Below, piece after piece: positions 9,749-21,046 of a stretch of 64,000 bases of DNA. The notes under the pieces were generated by a model. It saw only the letters and a list, made by a program, of their open reading frames with translations, was not told where the DNA came from and did not search any database. Numbering within the stretch: the stretch's first letter is position 1; each line of letters opens with the position of its first letter. The stretch is from Candidatus Onthoplasma sp. (GTDB lineage: Bacteria; Bacillota; Clostridia; Christensenellales; UBA1242): NCBI GenBank assembly GCA_045637825.1, contig JAZUAD010000021.1, forward strand, positions 84 through 64,083, read 5' to 3'. Both the position numbers and the translations under genes were made by a program.

Positions 9749-10729
9749 ATGGATATTATTAATAGATTATACATTAAAGCAAAAGAAAAGAAAGGAACAA
9801 TATTGTTGCCAGAGGCGCTTTTAGATGAGCGTGTGATGAAAGCTAGTTGCAGATTAGTTGCCGATGCTGTATGTAACCTAGTTTTATTAGGGAAAAAGGA
9901 GCAATATCCTATTGAACTTAAAAATAGTTCGTGGGTTAAAATTATAGACCCAAGCAACTATAATAGATATGATGAAATGGTGGACTTGTTTATTAAAAAG
10001 CGTGCTAAAGCAAACTATACACGTGAGCAAGCGATGGATATTTTAAGTGACCCTAGTTATTTTGGAACTATGTTAGTAGAAATGGGCGAGGCGGACGGAA
10101 TGGTAATAGGTGCCTATTACACTTCGGCAGATGCTTTAAGACCTGCTTTGCAAATAATAAAAGGTAAGGCAGGGCAAAGGGTTGTTGGCTGTATGCTGTT
10201 GGACCGTGAAGATTTTGTTGAGCCAAAACTATATTTAGATGTATCTACAAATGTTAATCCAAACGAGGAAGAACTTGCACAAATTGGAGTAGCAGGAGCG
10301 AACTTTTATTACAATGTAATAAATCGTGAACCTAAAGTTGCATTTGTGTCATACTCTACTTTTGGCAGCGCGGAGAGCGATTTGGTTAAAAAAGTGTATA
10401 ACGCAACCAAGTTGGCTAAGGAGAGCGCACCTAACTATATTATAGAAGGCGAAATGCAATATGATGCGGCTTCAGTTCCTGAAATTGCCAAGATAAAATG
10501 TCCTAATTCACAAATTATGGGTAAGGCAAATGTGTTTGTATTCCCTGACTTAAATTGTGGAAATACTGCTTATAAAATTGCTGAACGATTGGGAGGTTGC
10601 AAGGCAACTGGTCCAATAATGATAAACTTTAATCACCCAGTAAATGATTTATCTAGAGGTTGCTCGATTAATGATATTTACAATACAGTGATTATAACTA
10701 AATTACAAATAGAAGAAGGAGAAAATTAA
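9749..10729 (+). CDS. pta: Phosphate acetyltransferase
   Basis: Pta core motifs (ILLPEALLDERV, GMVIGA, FPDLNCGNTAYK), immediately upstream of ackA. The ATG at 9749 is preferred over the TTG at 9710. Confidence 0.9.
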   Translation: MDIINRLYIKAKEKKGTILLPEALLDERVMKASCRLVADAVCNLVLLGKKEQYPIELKNSSWVKIIDPSNYNRYDEMVDLFIKKRAKANYTREQAMDILSDPSYFGTMLVEMGEADGMVIGAYYTSADALRPALQIIKGKAGQRVVGCMLLDREDFVEPKLYLDVSTNVNPNEEELAQIGVAGANFYYNVINREPKVAFVSYSTFGSAESDLVKKVYNATKLAKESAPNYIIEGEMQYDAASVPEIAKIKCPNSQIMGKANVFVFPDLNCGNTAYKIAERLGGCKATGPIMINFNHPVNDLSRGCSINDIYNTVIITKLQIEEGEN

Positions 10730-10734
10730 ATATT

Positions 10735-11925
10735 ATGAAAATTCTAGTTATTAATGCGGGAAGTTCTTCCCTAAAGGCGCAATTAATTGATAGCCATACC
10801 TCTAAAGTTTATGCAAAATGTACTTGCGAGCGTATTGGTTTGGACGGCTCTTTTATTAAATTTGAAAGCGAAAAGGGTAAAACAAAATTAGACTATGTTA
10901 TGCGTGAGCATAGCGATGCAATCAAGGGGCTTATTGAATTATTGCTTAGCGAAGAATATGGTTGCATTAAAAATATGAGCGAGATTGATGCTATTGGTCA
11001 CAGAATGGTGCATGGTGGCGAAAAGTTTGTTAAATCAGTTGTTTTAGATGAAAATACTTTAAAGGCATTTGAGGAAATTGTTAATCTTGCTCCGCTTCAC
11101 AATCCAGCACATATTGTTGGTATGCGTGCTTGTATGGAAGCAATGCCTGACAAGAAGAATGTAGTAGTATTTGATACTGCTTTCCACGCAACTATGCCTA
11201 AAAAGGCGTATATGTATGCTATCCCTTATGAAATGTATACTCATCATCAAATTCGTCGTTATGGCTTCCATGGTAGTTCACATAGATATGTAACTGAAAA
11301 GTTGGGCGAAATAATGGGTGGATTGCAAGGTAAAAAGATTATTTCTTGCCACTTGGGTAATGGTAGTAGTGTTACTGCTATTAAAGATGGTAAAAGTATA
11401 GATACTTCTATGGGATATACACCACTTGCCGGTGTGGTTATGGGCACTCGTTCAGGTGATATTGACCCAGCTATCGTAGAACAAATTATGAAGCATAAAA
11501 ATCTTGATATCTCTGGCGCAATTAACTACTTAAATAAGCAAAGTGGTTTATTTGGTATTAATGGCGAAAGTAGTGATATGCGTGATATTGATGAAAAATG
11601 TACTACTGATGCTAGATATAAACTAAGTTTTGATATGCTTTGCTATAGCATTAAAAAATACATAGGTTCATATGCTGCAGTTTTAGGTGGTGTTGATGCT
11701 ATTATCTTTACAGGTGGTATTGGTGAAAATGATGAACTAGTGCGTGCTGAGGTTATGAAGGATATGGAATATCTAGGCATTGATTTTGACTTTGATAAAA
11801 ACAATTCAATCCCTCGTGGTACTATTGAGTGCTTAACTAAACCTAGTTCAAAGGTACAAGTGTATCGTATTCCTACAGATGAAGAATACATTATTGCACG
11901 TGATACTGAAATGTTGGTTAAATAA
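10735..11925 (+). CDS. ackA: Acetate kinase
   Basis: Motifs MKILVINAGSSSLK, HRMVHGG, FDTAFH, RRYGFHGSSH. Confidence 0.95.
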   Translation: MKILVINAGSSSLKAQLIDSHTSKVYAKCTCERIGLDGSFIKFESEKGKTKLDYVMREHSDAIKGLIELLLSEEYGCIKNMSEIDAIGHRMVHGGEKFVKSVVLDENTLKAFEEIVNLAPLHNPAHIVGMRACMEAMPDKKNVVVFDTAFHATMPKKAYMYAIPYEMYTHHQIRRYGFHGSSHRYVTEKLGEIMGGLQGKKIISCHLGNGSSVTAIKDGKSIDTSMGYTPLAGVVMGTRSGDIDPAIVEQIMKHKNLDISGAINYLNKQSGLFGINGESSDMRDIDEKCTTDARYKLSFDMLCYSIKKYIGSYAAVLGGVDAIIFTGGIGENDELVRAEVMKDMEYLGIDFDFDKNNSIPRGTIECLTKPSSKVQVYRIPTDEEYIIARDTEMLVK

Positions 11926-11940
11926 TTAGAATACAAAAAG

Positions 11941-11978
11941 TGTCAAAAGTTATTGTTAAACTTTTGGCATTTTTTTTA
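11941..11978 (+). terminator. Intrinsic terminator after ackA
   Basis: 11-nt arms tgtcaaaagtt/aacttttggca followed by T8. Confidence 0.7.
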
Positions 11979-12217
11979 TATAAATAAAAAATTTTTACAC
12001 AGGTAGTTGACATTATATAATTTATTTGTTATATTATTAATGTGCAATAGCAGTATTTTTTTTGTGCTGTTGTATGTTTCAAAAATAAGCACCTGCAAAT
12101 ATTCATTGTCGGTTGCCCAATATTAATGCATATATGCTTGCTAAAAATTGCATTAATGCAAGGGTTGACGAGGGAGTTGACTTTGTGGGGAAGACTAAAA
12201 ACAAGGAGGAAAAATAA

Positions 12218-13030
12218 ATGTCTGTTATTTCAATGAAACAATTACTTGAAGCCGGCGTTCATTTTGGTCACCAAACACGTAAATGGAACCCAAAGATGAA
12301 GAAATATATCTTCACAGATCGTAACGGCATTCACATCATCAATCTTGAGGACACATCTAAGCTAATTGATAAAGCTTATATGTTTATCAAGGAAAAAGCA
12401 GCTGCTGGTGCTAGCGTATTATTCGTTGGTACTAAAAAGCAAGCAAGTGAAACTTGTATGCAAGAAGCAGAACGTGCTGGTATGTACTACGTAAACAGCC
12501 GTTGGTTGGGTGGTACACTTACTAACTTTAGCACAATCCGTACTAGAGTTGAACGTATGAACAAGCTAAACAGTATGGAACAAATGGGTGACTTTGAGTT
12601 GCTACCTAAGAAGGAAGTTATCAAACTTAAGGCAGAACGTGACAAATTACAAGCTAATTTGTTAGGTATTAAGGATATGACTACACTTCCAGGTCTTATC
12701 ATTATGGTAGACCCTAAATCTGAACACATCTGTGTTAAGGAAGCTAAGCGCTTAGGTATTCCAGTTGTAGGTATTGTAGATACTAACTGTGACCCTGATG
12801 ATGTTGATGTATGTATTCCTGCTAATGATGACGCTATCCGTTCAGTTAAGTTGATTCTTAACGCTTTGGCAGATGCTATTATCGAAGGTCGTGACGGTGT
12901 TACACTTCGTGATATGAACGCAAGTGATGAAGAAGTTTCTATGGACGCAGTTGTTAAATCAACAGTTACTAATAAAATTGCTGATGAAAAAGAACAACCT
13001 GCAGAAGAAGTTGTTGAAGAAAATAAATAA
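12218..13030 (+). CDS. rpsB: 30S ribosomal protein S2
   Basis: [22 protein letters not shown] and strong RBS aaggagg. Confidence 0.97.
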   Translation: MSVISMKQLLEAGVHFGHQTRKWNPKMKKYIFTDRNGIHIINLEDTSKLIDKAYMFIKEKAAAGASVLFVGTKKQASETCMQEAERAGMYYVNSRWLGGTLTNFSTIRTRVERMNKLNSMEQMGDFELLPKKEVIKLKAERDKLQANLLGIKDMTTLPGLIIMVDPKSEHICVKEAKRLGIPVVGIVDTNCDPDDVDVCIPANDDAIRSVKLILNALADAIIEGRDGVTLRDMNASDEEVSMDAVVKSTVTNKIADEKEQPAEEVVEENK

Positions 13031-13048
13031 TATAGGGGGATAAAATTT

Positions 13049-13720
13049 ATGGAAATTACCGCAAAAATGGTTGCTGACCTACGTCAAATGACTGGTGTTG
13101 GCATGATGGAATGTAAAAAAGCTTTGACTGAAGCTAACGGAAACGTTGACGAAGCTATTAAAATTTTAAACAAAAACAGTGCTAAGAAAGTTGAAAAGAA
13201 AGCTGGACGTATTGCTGCTGAAGGAACTATGGGTATTTATGACCATATGAATCTTCACCAAAAGGTTGCAATGGTTGAAGTTAATACTGAAACTGACTTT
13301 GCTGCTAAAAATCCTAAATTGTTGGAAGCTGCTAAAGATTTTGCAATGCAAGTAGTTGCTACTAATCCTATGGCTGTTAAACCAGAAGATTTAAGTGCTA
13401 GTTATATTGCTGAACAAAAGGAAATCTTTATTGCTCAACTTAAAAATGACCCTAAAAATGCTAACAAACCTGAAGCAGTTTTGGAAAAAATTATTGAAGG
13501 TAAGTTAAATAAGCATTATGAAGAAGTTTGTCTTTTAAATCAACCATTCATTAAGGACCCAGATAAGAAAGTTCAAGATATTATCAACGAATTAACTCTT
13601 GTTATCGGCGAAAAAATTACTATTCGTAGATTTATTCGTTGGGAAGTTGGTGAAGGTATTGAAAAACGTAAAGATGACTTTGCTGCAGAAGTTGCTGCAC
13701 AAGCAAACGGAAACTTTTAA
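13049..13720 (+). CDS. tsf: Translation elongation factor Ts (short form)
   Basis: N-terminal UBA-like motif [16 protein letters not shown], directly after rpsB. Confidence 0.93.
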   Translation: MEITAKMVADLRQMTGVGMMECKKALTEANGNVDEAIKILNKNSAKKVEKKAGRIAAEGTMGIYDHMNLHQKVAMVEVNTETDFAAKNPKLLEAAKDFAMQVVATNPMAVKPEDLSASYIAEQKEIFIAQLKNDPKNANKPEAVLEKIIEGKLNKHYEEVCLLNQPFIKDPDKKVQDIINELTLVIGEKITIRRFIRWEVGEGIEKRKDDFAAEVAAQANGNF

Positions 13721-13745
13721 TTAATGGATACAATTTAAAATCCTT

Positions 13746-13779
13746 AAAAACAGATGTTGGTATGACATCTGTTTTTTTA
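13746..13779 (+). terminator. Intrinsic terminator after tsf
   Basis: Hairpin cagatgt/acatctg followed by T7. A second hairpin at 13784-13812 serves the convergent (-) gene. Confidence 0.7.
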
Positions 13780-13815
13780 TATTAAAAAAAGAGTCTGCAA
13801 TAGACTCTTAACTTT

Positions 13816-14595
13816 TTAGTTGTTTAGTTTTAAATGCATTTCCTTAGCGCAATTAATGGCAATAGGTATCATACGATGACGTGTATTAAGTGCGTAATTG
13901 CGAAGGTTACGTGGGTCCCAGTAGTCGCTATCTAGATTATCAGCCGAATAGAATAGTTGACCAAAGTTAACCTTTCTAAAACGTGCAACAGCAATCATTG
14001 CAGAACATTCCATATCAACCACACGACAGCCCATTTCACGTCTACGCTTTACCTTTGATTTGGTTTCACGATAAAAGGCATCGTTAGTCCACGTTTTTGC
14101 CTTGATAAAGTCAGCACCTTGTTTACGTAATGAATCTTCCAAAATTTTAACCACACGTGCATTCATACGAATTTCATCATTTTTAGGGTAGTAGTGGTAA
14201 CTAGTGCCTTCATCACGAACCGCTTCGTGAGGGATTATTATTGAAAACTCCTCAATGGATTTATCTAAGCAACCACAAGAACCTATAAGCACCAAATTTT
14301 TAACGCCTAAAGCAATTATTTCCTCATATTGCAAAGCACAAGCAGGGGCACCAATCATTGATTGATATACGGCAATATCAATTCCTTCGTGCTTTATCTT
14401 ATAAATTGGAAAACTGCCAGAACTATGTGAAAGTTCTGCTATTTTTTTTGGCTTGTAGGTTTCAACAAATTTTTTCATCAACGCCTTAGAAAAAAACGAT
14501 ACTGCAGTAGTAGGGAAATTTTTAATATTGTTTTTAAGTGAGGCAGAAGGGTTTACAACCGAAGTAACTTCATTATCAAATTCGTCTAAAATCAT
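13816..14595 (-). CDS. Nucleoside phosphorylase, PNP/UDP family (uridine phosphorylase-like)
   Basis: PNP_UDP_1-type core (LIGSCGCL, DMECSA). The ATG at 14595 follows RBS aggaga. The longer ORF start at 14664 has no RBS. Confidence 0.75.
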   Translation of the reverse strand: MILDEFDNEVTSVVNPSASLKNNIKNFPTTAVSFFSKALMKKFVETYKPKKIAELSHSSGSFPIYKIKHEGIDIAVYQSMIGAPACALQYEEIIALGVKNLVLIGSCGCLDKSIEEFSIIIPHEAVRDEGTSYHYYPKNDEIRMNARVVKILEDSLRKQGADFIKAKTWTNDAFYRETKSKVKRRREMGCRVVDMECSAMIAVARFRKVNFGQLFYSADNLDSDYWDPRNLRNYALNTRHRMIPIAINCAKEMHLKLNN

Positions 14596-14770
14596 ATTAT
14601 CTCCTAAAATAAAACAAATAGTATTTGCTAAATCTTTATTAACTATATTATATAAAAAAATCATAAAAAATGCAAAGATTATTACGTTTTTATATAATTA
14701 TTTATAAATTTTATAGGGTTTGATTAATAAATTTTGTCAAATTTGTGCAAATTTAATAAAATCTTAATAA

Positions 14771-14835
14771 ATTAGTTAAATAAATTAGTTAAATAAATTA
14801 GTTAAATAAATTAGTTAAATAAATTAGTTAAATAA
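14771..14835. repeat. Perfect tandem repeat, 13 bp x 5 (attagttaaataa), with partial units on both flanks
   Basis: Read directly: five identical consecutive 13-mers at 14771-14835. The repeat abuts the -35 box of the next gene. Confidence 0.95.
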
Positions 14836-14837
14836 AT

Positions 14838-14866
14838 TTGACTTAAAAAAACATATTTGCTATCAT
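14838..14866 (+). promoter_or_regulatory. Sigma-A-type promoter of the TM2-domain membrane protein gene
   Basis: TTGACT at 14838-14843, 17-nt spacer, TATCAT at 14861-14866, RBS aaggaggg downstream. Confidence 0.6.
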
Positions 14867-14891
14867 AAAAATATCAAAAGGAGGGTTTTTT

Positions 14892-15635
14892 ATGAAAAAG
14901 TGGATTGGAGCATTATGTTCTGGTTTGGCTGGCGTTTTGTCACTAGTATTCCTAGCAATGCCTGCATTAAAAATGAAAGGTGCTGATCCTGCATCTGGTT
15001 GGGATTTGTTAACTGACAAGGTATGGGGCGAAATGGACCTTACTGCTGTAACTTGGTATCGTATTTTTGCTTGGATTATGGTAGTATTGGCTATCGTATT
15101 AATCATTGTGGCAATTTTACAAGTATTAGCAAACCTTAACGTTATAAAAATGCCTGAAATCATTAGCAAAGTTGCTAAATATGCTTTAATTGCTGTTGCT
15201 GTTTCTGCAGTATTAGTACTAGTTGCTGGTTTCGGAATCCGTGGTGAAATGATTGACATGTACAAAGATCTGCTTGGCGGACTTGCCGCTAAAGAATACG
15301 GCAAGATGCTAAGCGTTGGTATTGGTCTATGGCTAGTTGTCGTTACAGCAATTGTTGCTTTAATTATTGTAATTTTAACAGAAATAATAAAATCATCTGA
15401 TAAAGAAATACAAGTGTATAGATTATCAACATTTTTATTCTGTTATATATTTGGATTTTTAGGATTCCATAGATTTTATGTTGGCAAGAAGGGGACGGGC
15501 ATACTGTATCTATTTACAGCAGGATTATTAGGTATAGGTGTATTGGTTGATATTATTAAGATTCTTCGTGGTACCTTTACTGATGGTGCAGGAAATAGAA
15601 TAATAACATGGGTAGAACCATATAAAGAGTATTAA
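14892..15635 (+). CDS. Membrane protein with a C-terminal TM2 domain; paralog of 15777..16283
   Basis: Several TM helices. The C-terminus FGFLGFHRFYVGKKGTGILYLFTAGLLGIGVLVD matches the TM2 domain pattern. Strong RBS. Confidence 0.7.
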   Translation: MKKWIGALCSGLAGVLSLVFLAMPALKMKGADPASGWDLLTDKVWGEMDLTAVTWYRIFAWIMVVLAIVLIIVAILQVLANLNVIKMPEIISKVAKYALIAVAVSAVLVLVAGFGIRGEMIDMYKDLLGGLAAKEYGKMLSVGIGLWLVVVTAIVALIIVILTEIIKSSDKEIQVYRLSTFLFCYIFGFLGFHRFYVGKKGTGILYLFTAGLLGIGVLVDIIKILRGTFTDGAGNRIITWVEPYKEY

Positions 15636-15776
15636 AATAAGGAGAATTTCCTCCTTATTTTTTTATAAAAAAGAACAATTAAAAAATTATTTAATAAAAT
15701 TATAAAAACTAATTAAATATGTTTGACATAAAAATTTAGATTTGTTATTATACTAATATCAAAAGGAGGGTTTTTT

Positions 15777-16283
15777 ATGAAAAAGTGGATTGGAGCATTA
15801 TGTTCTGGTTTGGCAGGAGTTTTGTCATTAGTTTTCCTAGCACTACCTGCATTTGCGCTAAAGGGTTATGGATTTAAGGAATCTTATTCTGGCTACGACC
15901 TTTTAACTAAAAAGGAATGGGGCGAAATGGACCTTACTGCTGTAACTTGGTATCGTATTTTTGCTTGGATTATGGTAGTATTAGCTATCGTATTAATCAT
16001 TGTGGCAATTTTACAAGTATTAGCAAACCTTAACGTTATTAAAATGCCTGAAATCATTAGCAAAGTTGCTAAATATGCTTTAATTGCTATTGCTGTTTCT
16101 GCAGTATTAGTACTAGTTGCTGGTTTCGGTCTTCGTGCTGAATACATTAAGGAAATCGTGGGTGGCAAGAAAGTTCTTGAAGCTGCTAAGGGTTCTGTTT
16201 CAGTAGGTATTGCATTATGGCTAGCTGCTGTTGTTAACGTTGTTGCTGCTGTTTGCGCAAAAGTATTTGCAAAGGCTGAATAA
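15777..16283 (+). CDS. Membrane protein, paralog of 14892..15635 without the TM2 domain
   Basis: Shares blocks of near-identical DNA and protein with the upstream gene. Own promoter TTGACA (15723-15728), 17 nt, TATTAT, and an identical RBS. Confidence 0.7.
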   Translation: MKKWIGALCSGLAGVLSLVFLALPAFALKGYGFKESYSGYDLLTKKEWGEMDLTAVTWYRIFAWIMVVLAIVLIIVAILQVLANLNVIKMPEIISKVAKYALIAIAVSAVLVLVAGFGLRAEYIKEIVGGKKVLEAAKGSVSVGIALWLAAVVNVVAAVCAKVFAKAE

Positions 16284-16434
16284 TTAAAATAAAACTAAGG
16301 GTATCAACTCTTAGTTTTTTCATGCTCAAAATTTAACAAATTTATGGTAAAATATAATAAAAATATTTGACTTAGGGTATAAATATCACTATAATTATTA
16401 ACATAATATTGCTTAAATAATAAAGGGGATATGT

Positions 16435-17985
16435 ATGAAAAAATTTATCAAAGTTTTAATGCTAATGTTGATTGTTCCAGTGGCATTTATAGTGTGCGGT
16501 TGTGATAGTAATGTTAAACCGGTTTCAATTAAAAGTATTGATAAAACTGATAGCGTAGGACTAGTAGATACTTATACTGTGACCTATACTAATGGCAAAA
16601 CTGAACAATTTACCATAGTTAATGGTGCCGATGGCGAAGAGATATATCAAAATATAACAATAAATGATTTGTATGAAGAAGTGAAAAAATCAAAACCTGA
16701 AGGATACACCCTTATTAACTTTATTGATGAATATTTGGATATTCAAATAGATAGCACTGCTATTGCTAGTTCTAAGGCATTAAGGTCAGGTGTGTCGATA
16801 TATGTAGAGCATGAAATAGACATTATTGATTATAACACTAAATTAAGCGTTACACAAAAACCTTATGGCGAAGAAATTAATTATGCTTTTAAAAAATCAA
16901 TTACAATAGGTGCTGGTGCGGGTGTTATATATAAGTTGGATAAAGCTAATGGCGATGCTTATATTATAACTAACTATCACGTATGTTTTAGTTCTAATGT
17001 GGCGGCAAGTGATGGTATTGCTACAAGATTTACTGCATACTTGTATGGAGGAGAAAGTATTGAAAGCATTTCAACACTAAGCACTAACCTAAATAACTAT
17101 AATAATAACTGTAAAATATATTCAAATTTATTTAATTATGATGAACAAGGACTTCCTATTGTAAACTATGGTTATGGAGCAATTAATGCTGAATATATTG
17201 GGGGCTCTGAGCAATATGATATAGCCGTATTAAAAGTTACTAATAGCGAGGTAATTAAAAATAGTGATTGCATTGAGGCGGAAGTTGCTGATTCAGATTT
17301 GGTTACCCCTGGAACAACTTCAATAGCGGTAGGAAACCCTGGTATTGGCGGTATTGCTGTTACTAGCGGTGTTATTAGCGTGGATAGTCAATATATATCA
17401 TTAAAAATTAGTGATACTGCAGTAGTGTTAAGAGAATTTAGAGTAGATACTCCTATAAATGGCGGAAATAGCGGCGGCGGATTGTTTGATAGTTTTGGCC
17501 GACTAATAGGTATTGTTAATGCTAAATATCCAGATGCATCAGTATTTGAAAATATTGGTTATGCTATTCCTACAAATGTAGCAATTCGTGTTGCAGATAG
17601 CATTTTAGATAATTGTAATGGTGTTGACCGCAAAACTATTAGAGTTATGTTAGGCGTGTACTCTAAAACTATTAGTTCTAAGAGTGTGTATGACTCAACA
17701 ACTGGTTTGATGCGCATTAAAGAAGTAGTGGCTATTGATAACTTTACAACCGAAAGTATGTTAAGAGAACTTGGATTAAAGGTAGGAGATGTTATAACTA
17801 GCGTAGATATTATTAATGATAAGGGAACAACTCATATTGATATTGACAGAGTGTTTAAATTGCCAGATGCTATGCTATTAGTTAGAGTTGGTGATTGTGT
17901 TAAAATCAACTATGAGCGTGGCGGTGTTGCTGGCTCAATTACAACTTCTGCTTTAATAAATACAAACTTTATAAGCATCGATTAG
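16435..17985 (+). CDS. Lipoprotein, trypsin-like (S1/HtrA-like) serine protease
   Basis: Signal peptide with lipobox-like VCGC. Catalytic His (ITNYHVC), Asp (YDIAVLKV) and Ser (GNSGGGLFD). Confidence 0.8.
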   Translation: MKKFIKVLMLMLIVPVAFIVCGCDSNVKPVSIKSIDKTDSVGLVDTYTVTYTNGKTEQFTIVNGADGEEIYQNITINDLYEEVKKSKPEGYTLINFIDEYLDIQIDSTAIASSKALRSGVSIYVEHEIDIIDYNTKLSVTQKPYGEEINYAFKKSITIGAGAGVIYKLDKANGDAYIITNYHVCFSSNVAASDGIATRFTAYLYGGESIESISTLSTNLNNYNNNCKIYSNLFNYDEQGLPIVNYGYGAINAEYIGGSEQYDIAVLKVTNSEVIKNSDCIEAEVADSDLVTPGTTSIAVGNPGIGGIAVTSGVISVDSQYISLKISDTAVVLREFRVDTPINGGNSGGGLFDSFGRLIGIVNAKYPDASVFENIGYAIPTNVAIRVADSILDNCNGVDRKTIRVMLGVYSKTISSKSVYDSTTGLMRIKEVVAIDNFTTESMLRELGLKVGDVITSVDIINDKGTTHIDIDRVFKLPDAMLLVRVGDCVKINYERGGVAGSITTSALINTNFISID

Positions 17986-18108
17986 TTGTGAATTAAAAGT
18001 AAAACGTGTATTCTTAAGAATATGCGTTTTTTTGTTATAAATTTTTAATTTATATATTGACAAAATTTTTATCTATGATAGAATAACAAAAACAGGGAGA
18101 TATTGCTT

Positions 18109-19221
18109 ATGAGTGGTTTAATTCAAAATATTATTCAAGAGAATTCAAATAATGAAAGAGTTGGTTCACGTTATGATATTTTAAAGTCTTATTATGATGA
18201 ATTGGGTAGTTTGGATAATATTAAAATGAGTGATGTTTATGTATATAATGGACATAGCATAAACATCGGTCGTGTTATTATTAATTTGCGTCAAGAATAT
18301 AAAAATGGTTTATTATCAGAGGATAGGATTGAACAACTTAATAATTTGGGTATGAAATGGAAATACGATAAGTATGAGTGGTTTAAAGCGTATTATAGTG
18401 AATTTGGGACATTGAGTAATATTAAAAGTGGTGATGTTTATTTATATAGAGGAAAAATTATTCAAATAGGCAAATTGACTAGCGTGTTGCGTCAAGATTA
18501 TAAAAAGGGCAGATTAAGTGAAGAAGAAATAGCTCTTTTTGAAAGTATGGGGATAGTATGGAAATATGACCGAGTGGAGCATTTTAGAGAATACTATAGG
18601 CAAGTTGGAAGTTTAAAAACTATTAAAAGAAATACTATATTTAATTACAATGGCAAAGATTTAAAAATGTATGAATTGCTTCGTCAAGAACGTCTGCGAT
18701 ATAAAAATGGTTTACTAGACGCAGAAACTATTAAAGAACTAGAAAGTATGGGCATTATTTGGGAAATTAAATCATTTGATAATCGAATTGCTCCATTAAG
18801 AGACTATTATCAAACTTATGGCACAATAGGGATTATTAAAAAAGACGAAACTTATATATTTAATGGTGAAGAAGTTAAAATTTACGTATTGGTATATATG
18901 TTACGTAATGAATATAGAAAAAATAAATTAACCAAACAACAAATCAAAGAATTAGAAAGTATGGGTATGATTTGGAAACATCAAAAGATTAATGCTAGAT
19001 TACAACCTTTAATTGCTTATTACAATCAATATGGTTCAACAGCAGATATTGATTTAGATACAATATATGAATATAAAGATAATGATGTTAAAGTAGGTTT
19101 GCTTGTTGATAGATTAAAAAATGAGTATCGTGATAATGCATTATCTGCAAGGGAAATTAATATTTTAAATTTAATTGGTATGAATTTGGATAAGTTGAAC
19201 AATACTGGTATAAATAAATAA
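18109..19221 (+). CDS. Protein made of ~5 tandem helicase-associated (HA) domain repeats
   Basis: A ~65-aa unit recurs five times: YYxxxGxLxxIKxxxxYxYxGxxxxIGxxxxxLRQxYKxGxLSxExIxxLExxGMxW. The ATG at 18109 follows RBS agggaga. Confidence 0.7.
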   Translation: MSGLIQNIIQENSNNERVGSRYDILKSYYDELGSLDNIKMSDVYVYNGHSINIGRVIINLRQEYKNGLLSEDRIEQLNNLGMKWKYDKYEWFKAYYSEFGTLSNIKSGDVYLYRGKIIQIGKLTSVLRQDYKKGRLSEEEIALFESMGIVWKYDRVEHFREYYRQVGSLKTIKRNTIFNYNGKDLKMYELLRQERLRYKNGLLDAETIKELESMGIIWEIKSFDNRIAPLRDYYQTYGTIGIIKKDETYIFNGEEVKIYVLVYMLRNEYRKNKLTKQQIKELESMGMIWKHQKINARLQPLIAYYNQYGSTADIDLDTIYEYKDNDVKVGLLVDRLKNEYRDNALSAREINILNLIGMNLDKLNNTGINK

Positions 19222-19309
19222 AACAAGGATTTTCCTTGTTTTTTTATAACTTGTCATAATAAATATAGACAAAACCAAAAAAATATGTTAAAATTAAAAA
19301 GATTAATAA

Positions 19310-20437
<1,128 letters not shown>

Positions 20438-20586
20438 TATCCTCTTTTAATCTAAAATTTATATATTTTTGTTAAATTTTGTTGAAAAGAATTAAAAATA
20501 ACATAAAATTCAAGATTATTTAATAAATATGTTTGACTTTAAATACTTGTTTGTGATAAATTATAATTGTGGGGGAGAATAAGAAC

Positions 20587-20952
20587 ATGATTAATAACAT
20601 TTTAGCTTTTAAGGTTGAGGCATTGTTAATGATTGCAATATTATTATTCCTAGTTGTGTTAATGGTTATGGGCTATATGAAGCGCCGTAAATTTAATACT
20701 CAATTAACAGAACTACGTGATAGTATTAAAGTTGGTGACAAAGTTATGACTGATACTGGTGTTGTTGGTGAAGTTGTTGAAAGTTCAACTGAAGGCGAAC
20801 ACAAATATATCGTTATTAAGTCTGGAACTGAAAAGAATTTTGGTTTTATTAAAGTTCATGCTAACGCAATATACTATGTGTTTGATAAAAACGAACCAAA
20901 GTATGTTACAACTGAACAAGATGACGATTTAGATGCTGAAGATGCAGAATAA
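20587..20952 (+). CDS. yajC: Preprotein translocase subunit YajC
   Basis: Single N-terminal TM helix plus the motif LKVGDKVMTDTGVVGEV. The ATG at 20587 follows RBS gggggag. Located upstream of secDF. Confidence 0.85.
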   Translation: MINNILAFKVEALLMIAILLFLVVLMVMGYMKRRKFNTQLTELRDSIKVGDKVMTDTGVVGEVVESSTEGEHKYIVIKSGTEKNFGFIKVHANAIYYVFDKNEPKYVTTEQDDDLDAEDAE

Positions 20953-21046
20953 GTAATCTACAAAATAATTTAAAATAATTGTTAAAAATTATTTAAAAGG
21001 ACTAATATCTTAGTCCTTTTTTTCATAGTGTATTATGGAGGCATTT

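Noticed and set aside
14771-14835. Possible CRISPR array
   Set aside because: The 13-bp units are directly adjacent with no spacers, are far shorter than CRISPR repeats, and no cas genes are nearby. It is a simple tandem repeat.
14843-16168. Antisense ORFs 14843..15304 and 15893..16168
   Set aside because: They are duplicated only because the sense-strand paralogs are duplicated. The sense genes have perfect RBS and promoter signals and membrane-protein character, and the antisense frames have neither.
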